The notes beneath the pieces were generated by a model. It ran no database searches. It was not told where the DNA came from and saw only the letters and a program-made list of their open reading frames with translations. Positions 11,293 through 23,608 of a stretch of DNA of 64,000 nt are shown in pieces (within the stretch, counting starts at the first letter, position 1; the number at the start of each line of letters is the position of its first letter). Source of the stretch: Haliotis rubra (lineage: Eukaryota); assembly GCF_003918875.1 (NCBI RefSeq), contig NW_025766991.1:2790001-2854000 (forward strand), written 5' to 3'. Both the position numbers and the translations under genes were made by a program.

Positions 11293-13735
11293 GTTGATGA
11301 TTTATCTGAAATTAAGTATAATTTTATTTTCATGGCACTTCTTGAAGAATGTATATATTCTGTACCTCAAGTACAAGCTATTCATATGTTGGACGCTTGT
11401 GGTTGACCTTTGCCTATTTCGGCAAATAATATGATAAATTTAATTTTGAAAACGTTCCTGGAAACGTCAAGATACGTCATACTCCTAAAACACATTAAAC
11501 ATGCTGGTTAAGCATACCCCCTTTAAGCCAAATTGTAGGGGAAAAGATAGCAAATACATAATTGAAAAAAAGATCACATTCCGTTTTAAAGAGCAAAAAC
11601 GTAAATCCTAACTCGTATACTGCCCAGGTGTGGATTTCATTTCTAGAACTGACGTCAAAGAGAAATTATAGAGCCCCAAACAGTTAATCATAAATGAGCA
11701 CCTTTCTTTCTTTAACCCAATGGTGCCGTTTGTACCATGCAACCTTAGCGCTACCACTGTCGTAAGTCAATGTTAAGGTATCGGAGCTACCTGCTAAGCT
11801 AAGATTGCTTTGTGGAACGGGGCCCAGGTATGTCACATTCCTGTCGTAGGAATCGTAATGGCGAACTCGTAGTTACAGGGTCTGACCTCAACACTCGCCT
11901 ATGACGTTGCAGGACTAGGTTATTTACAGAGTGCAGCCATGCATCTGAGAGTCATCCCTCTAATGACAATATAACTATTCTAAGAAACGTCAAATTCATT
12001 ATAAGAAACCTTCAGCGTGCATGGCGTGGAACACGTATAAAATATATTAAGGACTGGCGAGTTCGCCCCACCGCAGAGCATACTGTATTTCCCCAAATAG
12101 ACGTTGGTATCCCAAAACGGTGTCAGGTCAAAACCAAACTTTGTAGAAAAGAAGCCAGGTCTCTGACAGACAGAAGAACCCCATTCAGCAAACAGCAACT
12201 TTATCTAATGTGAAGGGGATATAGTAGTTCAGATTATCTTAGTACTAAGATTGATTTTTGTACATGGACCTTCTCTAATACACTGTGATACATTATCGTT
12301 AATGAAAGAGGGCGTACAATATCAATAATTCTTCTGGGGGAAATACGGTTTATGGCGACAAGACCCTTGAGACTTTGTTGTGAGTAGATTCATTATTTAC
12401 ACAAAACGTACATGTCAAAGAAACGGATGACAGATGTCGTGTAGGATGTAACTTGTAGAATAAGGTCAGTGGCACATACATGTAGGTCTGAAAACTGGAT
12501 CAACTAAGTACCCTCTTATCATCGCCTAATAGGGTCAGTACGAGGAGAAAACATACTACGCCTTCCTCAGGACCAACGGGGACCTTTACCCTTGATAAGC
12601 CTTAGCCAAACAAAACCCTATGTATGTTGTTTGATTGGTATATTCCCATACTGCCCACAGTTCCAAACTGCCTACAGGTTAAAACAACATACGGTCCAGT
12701 GATCAGGAAGTGAATACACCGATCTGACCTGTTCTACCCCTGCTAAAATGAACTTGATTAGTTAGCTGGTTAATTCTATGGTGTCTTGATTTGACACTGA
12801 TGTAGTGATTACAAGGTACAATAAACCACATGACTAAAAATACATTTGTACATTGTTGACTTTTTATGGTAAGTTAATCACGTTTTTTGTCTAATTTTCA
12901 ATCATAATAAATACATCTAAAAGAAATCACAAAAACCTATTTTAAAACAAGAAAGTTTCTAGTGTAGCCTGAAGAACTAACACTGACATTATAACCATGT
13001 TTGTATACTCTGACATTACTATAAGAACACAATTATAAAATATAGTATCGGGATGAAAACAATACCAAAAACATTTAATCCAATTTCAAACACAAAATAT
13101 GAGTTATATGGTATCAAGGATGAGCACTTTGCAACTTTGACATGTAATTCGTATCGTGAACAATCTCGACATCTTATTCTTAACGGATGGATTAGTCTGT
13201 CGTACAGACCCTGAAGCAAATATATCCAAGAAAGCCAACGCAAGTGTAGAAAATGTGGCAAGTCTAGATTTCCTCAGCTTCTGAAAATGAAGAAAGTCTC
13301 AGGGCTCCTTTTCATTATATTATATTTTTTTTACTACGAACTTTTTTTCAGTAAAATATGTTCATTTCAGAGACTAGTTGTTAGTCTACGGGTGGGTATG
13401 AAATTCCTCTTGATGATAGAGATCGCGGTGAAAGAACAAATCTTCAAGTGTTACCTTTTCGACCCAGGTTTGTGTTTTCATGCACATCAGGGCCAGTTGG
13501 GAGACCACGCCGCCCCCAGCGCCGCAATGTTTCACATGTCCAAGCCAATATGTTTACCTTACACACAAGACTAACTATTCATGAAGTGTATTGTCGAAAC
13601 AATACTGTGACGTCATAGAAGGGGCGGCGTGACGATAAACTTCAAAATGCACATCGTAACTCGTAGGTTGTGAAATAGATTTACGATAGTCGTAACGTTA
13701 GGACCACTGTGATACTACAATGGAGTTAAGTCAGA

Positions 13736-13950
13736 GTGAGTGAGTTTAGTTTTACGCCGCACTCGGCAATATGGCGGCGGTCTGTAACCAGACAATCCAG
13801 TGATCAACAGCATGAGCATCGATCTACGCAACCTGGATAGGATGACACGTGTCAACCAAGTCAGCGAACCTGACCACCCGATCCCGTTAGTCGCCTCTTA
13901 CGACAAGTATCGGTTGCTGAAGATCAATTCTAACCCGATCTTCATGGGTA
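13736..13950 (-). mobile_element. Retroposon family C
   Basis: 13-bp TSD GAGTTAAGTCAGA at 13723-13735 and 13951-13963. Confidence 0.88.
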
Positions 13951-15488
13951 GAGTTAAGTCAGATCGAAATATATATATGCATTGGTGGATGTATTAACGC
14001 AAAATGGTGTCGAGAGGGAAATTTTCACAAATGTGCAAACCGGGTTTACGTTTATACATCATAAAAACACAAAAATATTGAAGTCTATTCTCGCAAATGA
14101 ACAATGCATCGACCAAAATTACTCCACAGATTGCTTATTTAATCATTGATGCAATACCTGCAAACAACAATACAAAACTGGTGACATACTTCACTGATAC
14201 ATCGTAACCCAAGCTCCGCCGAATCTGGAAAAAGAAGTCCTTTAGCGACTGTAGCCATTTTGTTTTTTCCCATTTATGAAAAAAACCCACCAAAAATCTC
14301 TTTGTCCGGAAATCAAATGTTATGGAATTACTTGCAATCAATTTATTATAACAAAAAGCTAGCTGTCGATTGGGAGACGAGAGGAAATACAAAACGGCGT
14401 TTCATGGCTATTCCTTTTTCATCATCTTTCTATATCACCTTTTTCGGGGCATGCAGTACTGTTAAGATCAGTAATAAAGTGCGTATCCATATGGATCGTT
14501 CCATGTCTTCAGGATAATCTCGTCCGCCTTCGTTTGGACTCAGCTGACCGACAGCTATTACCAGGGGCCGTGTGCCCAAATACTAACTCTGCCATTCGTC
14601 TGACATGAAAATCACCAGCCGCGCAGTCTGGTAGCGAGAACACTTCAATGCAGGTTGGGTATTAGACTAACGCTTAGTTTCCGAAATATATATTTGCTTT
14701 TGAAACAAATAACTCCATTTAAACTGGAAAAAGATAGGAGATTCGGAACCTTAGGGAAATCTAGACTTGCTTCATTTGGGGCTTTTGCAAGGCAAGGCTG
14801 GGCGGCAAGGACAATAGTACTGGCCACGTTAATCGATCGTTAATCGACCTGGGGAGGGATGCGTGTGCAGGCGAAACATGTCGGGATGGCACTAATCTAA
14901 ATGGCGGGAGAATCGCGGCATGAAAACAAAAGAATTACATTTATGAATGAAAAGGCGAACCAACCCAAAACGAATACAAACAAACGATTGATGTAATCCT
15001 GCAGCTTATAAGGACAGTACTGAGAACCTTTTGAGATGCCCAGTTCTCAAGCTAAACAACAGCGGTTTATCTAATTACATCAAAACAACAACGGACAACA
15101 AATGCCAAGACGCGTGTTGTTTGATCCGCAAGATTGGCGAAGTAGCGTTGAAGGCTCTTACCAGTAGGTACGACGGGGGCGGCTATCACGCCTGCTGCAG
15201 CGACGTCGTCGGTATGACTGACTGAATTAGATACGAGACAAGTCACTATATGGGCTGAAGATGTTTGAACTTCGCACCATCGGCTGTCCAGCGAGTGTCC
15301 CTGTCCGTCTACGGTCAGGTATTGATTTGTGTATCTCAACAGTGACATATTTTCAAGTGTTCAGCTGAGTATCGTAGGCACGTGAAGAGGGGTATGGCTA
15401 CATCACGCATAAATATGGAGGCACGCGTAGAGAGATATGGCTGTATTATGCATAGATATGTAGATATATGTAGTTTATCTATTGATGT

Positions 15489-15703
15489 ACCCATGATGAT
15501 CCAAGTTAGAATTGATCTTCAACAACCCATGCTTGTAAGAGGCGACTACCGGGATCGGGTGGTCAGGTTGACATGTTTCATCGTATCCCTATTGCGTAGA
15601 TCGATGCTCATGCTGTTCATCATTTGATTGTCTAATCCAGACTCGATTATTTACACACCGCCGCCATATAGTTGGAATATTGCTAAGTGCGGCAAACCAA
15701 CCA
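15489..15703 (+). mobile_element. Retroposon family C, diverged
   Basis: Similarity to other copies. Confidence 0.75.
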
Positions 15704-15726
15704 TCTATTGGATGTGTAATCGGATC

Positions 15727-17000
15727 ACGTGTAGAGTGCGTACTTAAACACGTGTAGAAGGTTTACTTATTTATGTGTAGACACGTGTAGAGGGTTACTT
15801 ATTTATGTGTAGACACGTGTAGATGGTTTACTTATTTATGTGTAGACAGGTGTAGAGGGTTTACCTTTTTAAGTGTAGACTCATGTAGAGGGTTTACTTA
15901 TAGATGTGTAGACACGTGTAGAGGGTTTACTTATAGATGTGTAGACACGTGTAGAAGGTTTACTTATTTATGTGTAGACACGTGTAGAGGGTTTACTTAT
16001 AGATGTGTAGACACGTGTAGAAAGTTTACTTATTTATGTGTAGACACGTGTAGAGGGTTTACTTATTTATGTGTAGACACGTGTAGAAGGTTTACTTATT
16101 TAGATGTGTAGACACGTGTAGAGGGTTTTTATAGATGTTTAAGTGTAGACTCACGTGTAGAGGGTTTACTTATAGATGTGTAGTGTAGACACGTGTAGAG
16201 GGTTTACTTATAGATGTGACAGTGTACACACGTAGAAAGTTTACTTATAGATGTGTAGACACGTGTAGAGGGTTACTTATAGATGTGTAGACACGTGTAG
16301 AAGGTTTACTTATTTACTGTGTAGACACGTGTAGAGGGTTTACTTATAGATGTGTAGACACGTGTAGAGGGTTTACTTATAGATGTGTAGACACGTGTAG
16401 AGGGTTTACTTATAGATGTGTAGACACGTGTAGAGGGTTTACTTATAGATGTGTAGACACGTGTAGAAAGTTTACTTATAGATGTGTAGACACGTGTAGA
16501 GGGTTTACTTATAGATGTGTAGACACGTGTAGAAAGTTTACTTATAGATGTGTAGACACGGGTAGAGGGTTTACTTCCAAAATGTAAACACAATAGGATT
16601 ATCTCCATTCTACCGTGACATATGCACCATGAATAAAACGCGTTTTAAATATGCACTCATTGTCTTGCGTAGTGTTTTGACACTACGCGCAGTGAACCGG
16701 CTCTCAGAAGTGGTTATTGAAAAAATTTCACTTCTAATTTTTTAGTAACAACCAATCAAAAACGAACATACTTAAATGTCATGGTAGAATTATAGATGTG
16801 TAGACACGTGTAGAGGGTTTACTTATAGATGAGTAGACACGTGTAGAAAGTTCACTTATTTATGTGAAGACACGTGTAGAAGGTTTACTTATTTATGTGT
16901 AGACACGTGTGGAGGGTTTACTTATTTACGTGTAGACACGTGTAGAGGGTTCACTTATTTATGTGTGGGCACGTGTAGAGGGTATACTTTGAGGGTTTAC
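15727..17000. repeat. 33-bp minisatellite (ACACGTGTAGAGGGTTTACTTATAGATGTGTAG), interrupted at 16577-16790
   Basis: Tandem periodicity. Confidence 0.93.
16607..16790. mobile_element. MITE-like insert in the 33-bp satellite
   Basis: 15-bp TIRs ATTCTACCGTGACAT / ATGTCATGGTAGAAT (1 mismatch). Confidence 0.6.
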
Positions 17001-17012
17001 TTTAAATTTATA

Positions 17013-17251
17013 GAGTGAGTGAGTTTAGTTTTACGCCGCACTCAGCAATATTCCAGTTCTATGGCGGCGGTTTGTAAACAATCGAGTCTGGACCAGACAA
17101 TCCAAGGATCAACAGCATGAGCATCGCTCTACGCAATTGGGAACCGATGACATGGGTCAACCAGCGAACCTGACCACCCGATCCCGTTTGTCGTCTCTTA
17201 CGACAAGCATGGGTTACTGAAGATCAATTCTAACCTGGATCTTCACGGGTC
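17013..17251 (-). mobile_element. Retroposon family C
   Basis: Similarity to other copies. Confidence 0.85.
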
Positions 17252-18706
17252 TAAATGTGTGACACTTATAGATATCTATCCACGTGGTTAATATCATTAG
17301 ACGCAGCATAGGGCTATATATTTGCAGCTATTTTGTCACTGATAGGTGCAGCTAGGGGTGCAGAGGTTATATGAACGACATCTAAGGACCAAATGATAAC
17401 ATTGACGTGGCTGTGTTTTCTCCTTTGCGATAACTACACGTGTACGAGTCTAGGCCGTATCTCTTAAGTACGACTGTCCGCCGTGAACGTATTAGTGCCG
17501 GTTGTTTGTCACCATGGCAACGCAGTAAACCTTGTCATAGAACTGTTTAGTGCTGACATTTACTTCACATCCCACACAAAGGAAATAATTCATTAATGTC
17601 AAATGCCAGATGCTATTGTGCAACGCATCATTATCTAAAAGTCAACATAACTAATAGACACTATATTTGAGACTGTACATAAAGTTTCAAGAACCTTACT
17701 AAGGGACCGTTCATAATTCATGGTTGCAGGGTGGGTGGGGTTCATCCATTCTGTTCTGGGGAGGTTGGCGGGTCATCAATTGTGTACACATGTTCTAGCT
17801 GGGTCAGCATTTTAGGGGGTACATAAAACTGTTTAAAAATGTATGCTTAAAAATAAGGGGGGGTGTCACTTACTTTGTACATGAACATTAGGAGGGGGGG
17901 ATGAAGTCATACTAATTGTACCTGTATGTTTCTCCATAAAAAATCATCCTCAAACACCCCACCTCACTATAACATGTTGCAAATATTCCTATGGGCGGGT
18001 ATAATCAGTATTATCGAGTGTTATCAAGGAGAATGTTCGAGACTATGGTTATCAGTAGGTAGTAATGTCTAGCTTTTGACGTTATTCGGCCAAAGTTTGA
18101 GGTGCATGTCCAAATAGCGGGGCAGAGGTACAAACCGGAAAAAAAACTAGAGTTTGGAGAAGAGGTTAATGATATCACAAAGGTTATAGGATATTATACA
18201 CGTATGTGGCAATTGACTCGACTTCTGGGAAGAATCATTTGCCTGTTGAAACTGAGAATAGGTTGTAGTTTGCTGGAAACAAACACAGATAGGGAATGCA
18301 CGGGATCTTGAACATCACGGTGCGTTAATTTTGATGTTCAGTATACCTTAAGTTACCACTTCAACGTGCCACGGATATACCAATAGGCGGACCTGCGCAG
18401 TAGTATTACCTCTGGCAAGAGGCCGTGTCTCGAGGCTGTGTTATATATCAGATAAAAGTAATGTTTAACTTTTGACGTAATTCGGTCAAGGTGCTCGGTC
18501 CTTGTATGAAATAGCAGGACACTGGGACAATGTCGGATAACGCCCAGACTTTCGTAAATGGGTTACAAAACCCCTACAGGTTACAGTGTGGAAACTGACT
18601 CGATTTAACTGAGAAATATTTGCCTGTTGAAATTGATAAGCCCACACTGCAAAGTCTATCGCACTGCCTTTCATAATAATCAGAGCAAAACGTGTAAATT
18701 GTTATA

Positions 18707-19307
18707 TACTATTCACACTCTGCTAAGGATCAAATCATTGATTCAACAGAAAACTATGATGTGGGGTCAAATTTGGTTTAAATATCTGAGCTTATTGTAA
18801 ACATGGATCCTAGGTTTCAGTATGTCACTGCATCTTTTGGATCCCATACCTGCTATTGACAGGTGTACTTTAGACTAATGCTTAGTCTCTGAATAGATAT
18901 AATTTTGATAGTAACAAACAAGCCCATTTATATTGAAAAGGAGACCCAGGGATACCAGAGATTCAGAACCTGAGGAAATCTAGACTTGCTTTATTTAGGG
19001 TCTTTAGCACTGCAGAGAGAGCTTGGCAGTGGGGAAAATAATGTGGTTCAGGGACTGTGAGACAGACTAGATGTACTTGTCAATGACTCGTTCTATGATT
19101 TGCAAAATGGTTGATTGGTGCCATGAAAACCATTTTATGGTTACTCATGTATCAGGTGCATAAGGTTAGATTAAAGTGGCTGTTTGCCTAAAGAGCGGTT
19201 ACCATATTATTATGCATCCAGTTTTAAATGGATAAAATTTCAAATTATAAATCTACGTTTAAGTAAAGTTGTGAATTTTTGTGATCCTTAGCAAAGTGTG
19301 AGTAGTA
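18707..19307. mobile_element. About 400-bp MITE (TA-flanked, Tc1/mariner-like) carrying a nested element
   Basis: TIRs TACTATTCACACTYTGCTAAG / CTTAGCAAAGTGTGAGTAGTA. Confidence 0.8.
18871..19069 (+). mobile_element. About 200-bp TAG...CTA element nested in a MITE
   Basis: 9-bp TSD G(G/A)TGTACTT; the empty site is visible in the host copy at 43595-43993. Confidence 0.8.
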
Positions 19308-19544
19308 TTGTATAAATGTCTACACCTACATTCATGAAATTATTCATCACATGAGGATAAAAATATAACGTAAACGTCCAAATTTATAAATATTTCGAGT
19401 AATACGTCTAAATTTAAAAATGAAATAAAGGTCATAAAACTGTCAGCATAAAATATGCACAAAACAAACATGACACTGTGATTGATGAATAAACTACACA
19501 GAGCTTTGTGTCTAGGACTACATACTCATGTTCATAATTCTGCG

Positions 19545-19714
19545 GGGGCGGTGGGGTAGCATAGTGGTCAAAGCGTTGGCTCGTCACGCCGAAGACCCGG
19601 GTTCGCATCCCCACAAGGGTACAATGTGTGAAGCCGATTTCTGGTGTCCCCCGCCGTGATATTGCTGGAATATTGCTAAAAGCGGCGTAAAACCAAACTC
19701 AGTCAGTCAGTCAG
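19545..19714 (+). mobile_element. SINE family A, young (TCAG)n-tail copy
   Basis: 13-bp TSD TCATAATTCTGCG at 19532-19544 and 19715-19727. Confidence 0.9.
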
Positions 19715-19928
19715 TCATAATTCTGCGAACTATTCTTGAGACACCATTGCCTGGAGCAAATGCACATTAGTGAGTGAGATCAGTTTAATGCCGCTTTTTA
19801 ACAGAGTTCCCGTTCTACCATTGCGTGTCTGTTTAATGTGGGAGGGAAACCCGAAATAATTCGGGTCTTTGACGTTTACCACCATGGTGAAACCTACGAG
19901 CATGGATATGATACTTACAACGCTACAG

Positions 19929-20635
19929 GGGTGGTGGGGTAGCCCAGTGGTTAAAGCGCGGTGGGCGAGCTGGCTAAAGTGCCGGGCTAGTGATCCAGCG
20001 AGCGTGAGGTGTCGGGATCGAGCCCACCTGTGACCGGGTGTAAAAACCTTGGAGTCAACTTTGTGTGCAGACTCTTTCAGTGTTGTCACAACCCCTAGTG
20101 TACAGTACGCAATCCTGTACACTTAAAAGAATCCACGAATCCGTTGGTAAATGACCTGATGGTGGCCACATGAATACGTGCAAACACCCAGTTGCGGGTA
20201 CAGCAATGTGCAGTAAACTTGGACAAAGTACTGTGACTGTGTGTCCCAGTCCACCCAGCTATGAATTGGGTACCTCGTTAGGATGAGAAAGCCACAATAA
20301 CTCGGTGCGCCTAGTGGCTGCAAGAGTTGTATACTCCCCAGGGAGTTGAGATTGATAATAAGATTGACATCCAATGATCGAGGGAAAAAATATCAGCGCC
20401 TTGAGCATGCACTAGTTGCCTGGAAATGGGCGCTATACAAATATCCTATAATAATAATAAATTAAAGAGTTCGCTCGTCACGCCAAAGACACGGGTTCGA
20501 TTCCCCACATTGGTACAATGTGTGAAGCCCATTTCTGGTGTCCCCCGCCGTGATAGTGCTGTAATATTACTTAAAGCGGCGTAAAACTAACCTCACTCAC
20601 TAACTTACTCACTCACTCACTCACTCACTCACTCA
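19929..20635 (+). mobile_element. SINE family A split by a nested SINE of another family
   Basis: Head at 19929-19956; remainder at 20462-20635. Confidence 0.8.
19957..20461 (+). mobile_element. SINE family B (about 500 bp, tRNA-like head, (AAT)n tail)
   Basis: TGGCTAAAGTG and GGATCGAGCCC boxes, central GTCCACCCAGCTATGAATTGGGTACC, tail GCGCTATACAAAT-(AAT)n; TTAAAG duplicated on both sides. Confidence 0.7.
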
Positions 20636-23063
20636 CTACAGACATAATCGAAGCGAACCATGTCCAAAAATACACACGACGTAATGATGCGCAACATGTA
20701 CATGTATAACGAAAGTGTCGAAAGTTTGCGACGGACAATACGCCACGACAGTTGTATGTACGCCAGGTTCATGAGAGTGAAAAGCATTGACTAATATCAA
20801 TATTTAATCAGGGAGTATGATGTTTATCAACTATATATGGGATACCAGAACATCCCTTAATGATATAACGCTGAGGGTCGGTACGTGTGGCATATGTGTC
20901 AACAGTAATATAAACATACGTAGGGCATATATGCAAACACACTTCAAAGTGCTTTTCACAAATCTATTTCAGGGCAGTGCGACCGACGTATATAATATAT
21001 AACTCTCTAATTCATAAAACCGGTTGGACATGAAAACAACCGCGTTATATGGGATCTACTAAAGCGGAAGGCCATCAAATATGGCGGAAGGAGACGTGTG
21101 TATTTTAATATTTTCTTTCCTATTCATTAACAGATAAACACACTAAGTTTGCGAGTTATTTTCAGTTTATGCTTTTAATGACCTTGCACCTTTAATATAT
21201 GTTGATTTTTTAACATTTTTGGACAACATTACACCAAGTTGTTTGGGAGCACCTATCAGCTGTAAGTGTCCAATATTAGATTCAGACCAAGTCATTGGAA
21301 AATCAAGCCATATATTTAAGTTACGGTGATTAAATAACATATGCTTTGTTTTTATATTTTGAATTTTGCCAATTATTTCTCAGTCTCGATTTCTAAATTT
21401 GTTAAATCAGTCTTGAAGTCTTAATGTAAACCTGATACAGCATCACCGGTAGATGTATCATGATCAGCAAGTATGATCTTATTTGACAGGGATATGGCTA
21501 AATCATTCATGTAGAAATACGTAATCTGCCTCCATGCTTACCTAACTGTCAATTATCACCATGGATACCAATACAAATTACGTCATAAGTTACACATTGT
21601 AGAGCATCCATTAGCGTTGTTTGTCGGCAGCAATAGATCCCCTTTAAGAAGATGCTAATTGCCTTTCAACGTGATCGACAAGGTCACGCTGCTTAGACCC
21701 CGTGGATAACCCGCCCTTGGTGTACACTAAGTCGTCTTTTGATCGTCACAATGCAAAGTTATGCCACATTCTGATTAAGATCTTAAAGTATTTAGCCGGA
21801 GGGTGTCAACGCTGCGTACGATACCGCCTGGTGTTTGCTGCCATTGAGCCGAATAAACACCGTGGCGCTTACTTCTGAGGTTCATGAATGTCTGGGGAGT
21901 CTTTTTGACATTCGAACATTGGTGCCAGTGTTCGACTATTTGGTCCATTGTGGCATTTGTATATACTGATGCATCATGTTATAACAGAACAATGACGGGT
22001 GCAGTTTTGGAAAAGCTGTGTGCATTTGGTGATAAGAAGATAACTGTAAGTGTGGTAGAGATGCCAATAATGCTTGACAATATGCGTTTGGTATTTTTGC
22101 TGTTTTTACTGAAAACTTTACAGTCATGCGTCATAGCGATGCAATATGTTTACCTATTGACCGCTTTCCCGTCTATAGTTTTAAGATTTGTTAGTTGTTT
22201 AACGCCGCACTCAGCAATTAAGAAGGGGTTTGGCACCTTCCAACCTCCCCACCTTACTATCTCATTATAGAACAACTGGGAGACCTATATATTAACGCAT
22301 GCAGGTGCTACTGTTATATCGGACACGCTGATAAGCTGGAATTTGATCAACAGAAGCAGCTGTTACTTTAATGTTACTGTAAACATTTTTTAGCAATTGG
22401 TCATTTTCAAATTTGCTCATAAATTACAACCTCCTGAACACACAATGGCACATGTTACCATAGCACATATCAGTTCCAATGTTATTCCCAAACCACCACC
22501 GTCGGTATTCCCAGAGGATATGTTTATAATGATTACACAATAACAACTAACATGGTCGCAATGGCGGTTGCGTTTTAAGATGTACATTTGCCATAAATTT
22601 AGACTTTTTTAATCCTGAAAACGATTCTAGTAAATTCAATTACATTCCTCAATCGCGGTTAGATTACTCATACAGTTGCATATGTGTGTGTGTTAGTATA
22701 TACATATGTATGTATACCTATCTATGTGTGTGTTTTGCGTGCGTACGCGTGCGTGTGTGGTTTGTACCCTGTCACTTAAAGGTGTCTTATGCAATAAATT
22801 CTATTCTATCCTAGTTGTGGATGCACTTGGGTGCCATTGGAGATGGGCGCATGAAATAACACCGAGATGGTTGAGTTCTCGAATGACGGCAAACATCTGG
22901 CTGCACAATTCCTCCGAAACTCGGTCATGGGTGGAACAAGGGGAAGGGAGGGGATCTTTGAGGATACGTGGGGAGGTGTCGATGATTGGCCGTGTTTGCG
23001 TTAAGAATAGCCGAGATGTGGTTAGCAACTGAATCATGAATGGAGAAGGAACAGGCTCAAGGC

Positions 23064-23261
23064 TAGACTAATGCTTAGTCACTGAATATGCATAATTTTG
23101 ATAGTAACAAACAAACCCATTTAAATTGAAAAGGAGCCCCAGGGAGACCAGAGATTCAGAACCTGAGGAAATCTAGACTTGCTTTATTTAGGGCTTTAGC
23201 ACAACAGAAAGGGCTTGGCAGTAGGGAAAATAATGTGGTTCAGGGACTGTGAGATAGACTA
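23064..23261 (+). mobile_element. About 200-bp TAG...CTA element
   Basis: Perfect 9-bp TSD GCTCAAGGC. Confidence 0.82.
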
Positions 23262-23578
23262 GCTCAAGGCGTATATAATCTGTACATGTGCTACAGCAAA
23301 CTCCTAGTCAATATCTCCTTGACTTAACTCAATTCACAAACAACCTTCTATACCGAGACTGTGAAGCATGAAGCAAGAATCTTCTATAAGGAGACATATT
23401 GTATAGGAATGCCGACAGAGTATACTATATTCGATCAACGCCAACGTGAATATAGTCAATAGTAAACATTGCAGTAGCGAAAGTCCTAACCACAGACTTG
23501 TATCAACAGGGTTATTTTGGGCCACGGCAGTATTCAATGAACCGCGAATGTTTACGTTCATAACCCTCTCGACTAAAC

Positions 23579-23608
23579 CAGAGACCATATACCGATATAT
23601 GGTCTCTG
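23579..23608. mobile_element. 30-bp palindromic mini-element with 7-bp TSD
   Basis: CAGAGACCATAT...ATATGGTCTCTG flanked by ACTAAAC on both sides. Confidence 0.75.

Noticed and set aside
15031-15348. GC-rich segment with short ORFs and a donor-like CAG|GTATTG
   Set aside because: Several stop codons, no recognisable homology and no partner exon identified
16306-16608. 100-aa repeat ORF, and the fact that all three minisatellite units (30, 33, 42 bp) are multiples of three
   Set aside because: Arrays contain frame-breaking indels; three cases are compatible with chance
19545-19615. tRNA-Asp-like gene (GTC in the anticodon position), also in other family A copies
   Set aside because: No proper acceptor stem, continues into a SINE body and tail, and is flanked by TSDs
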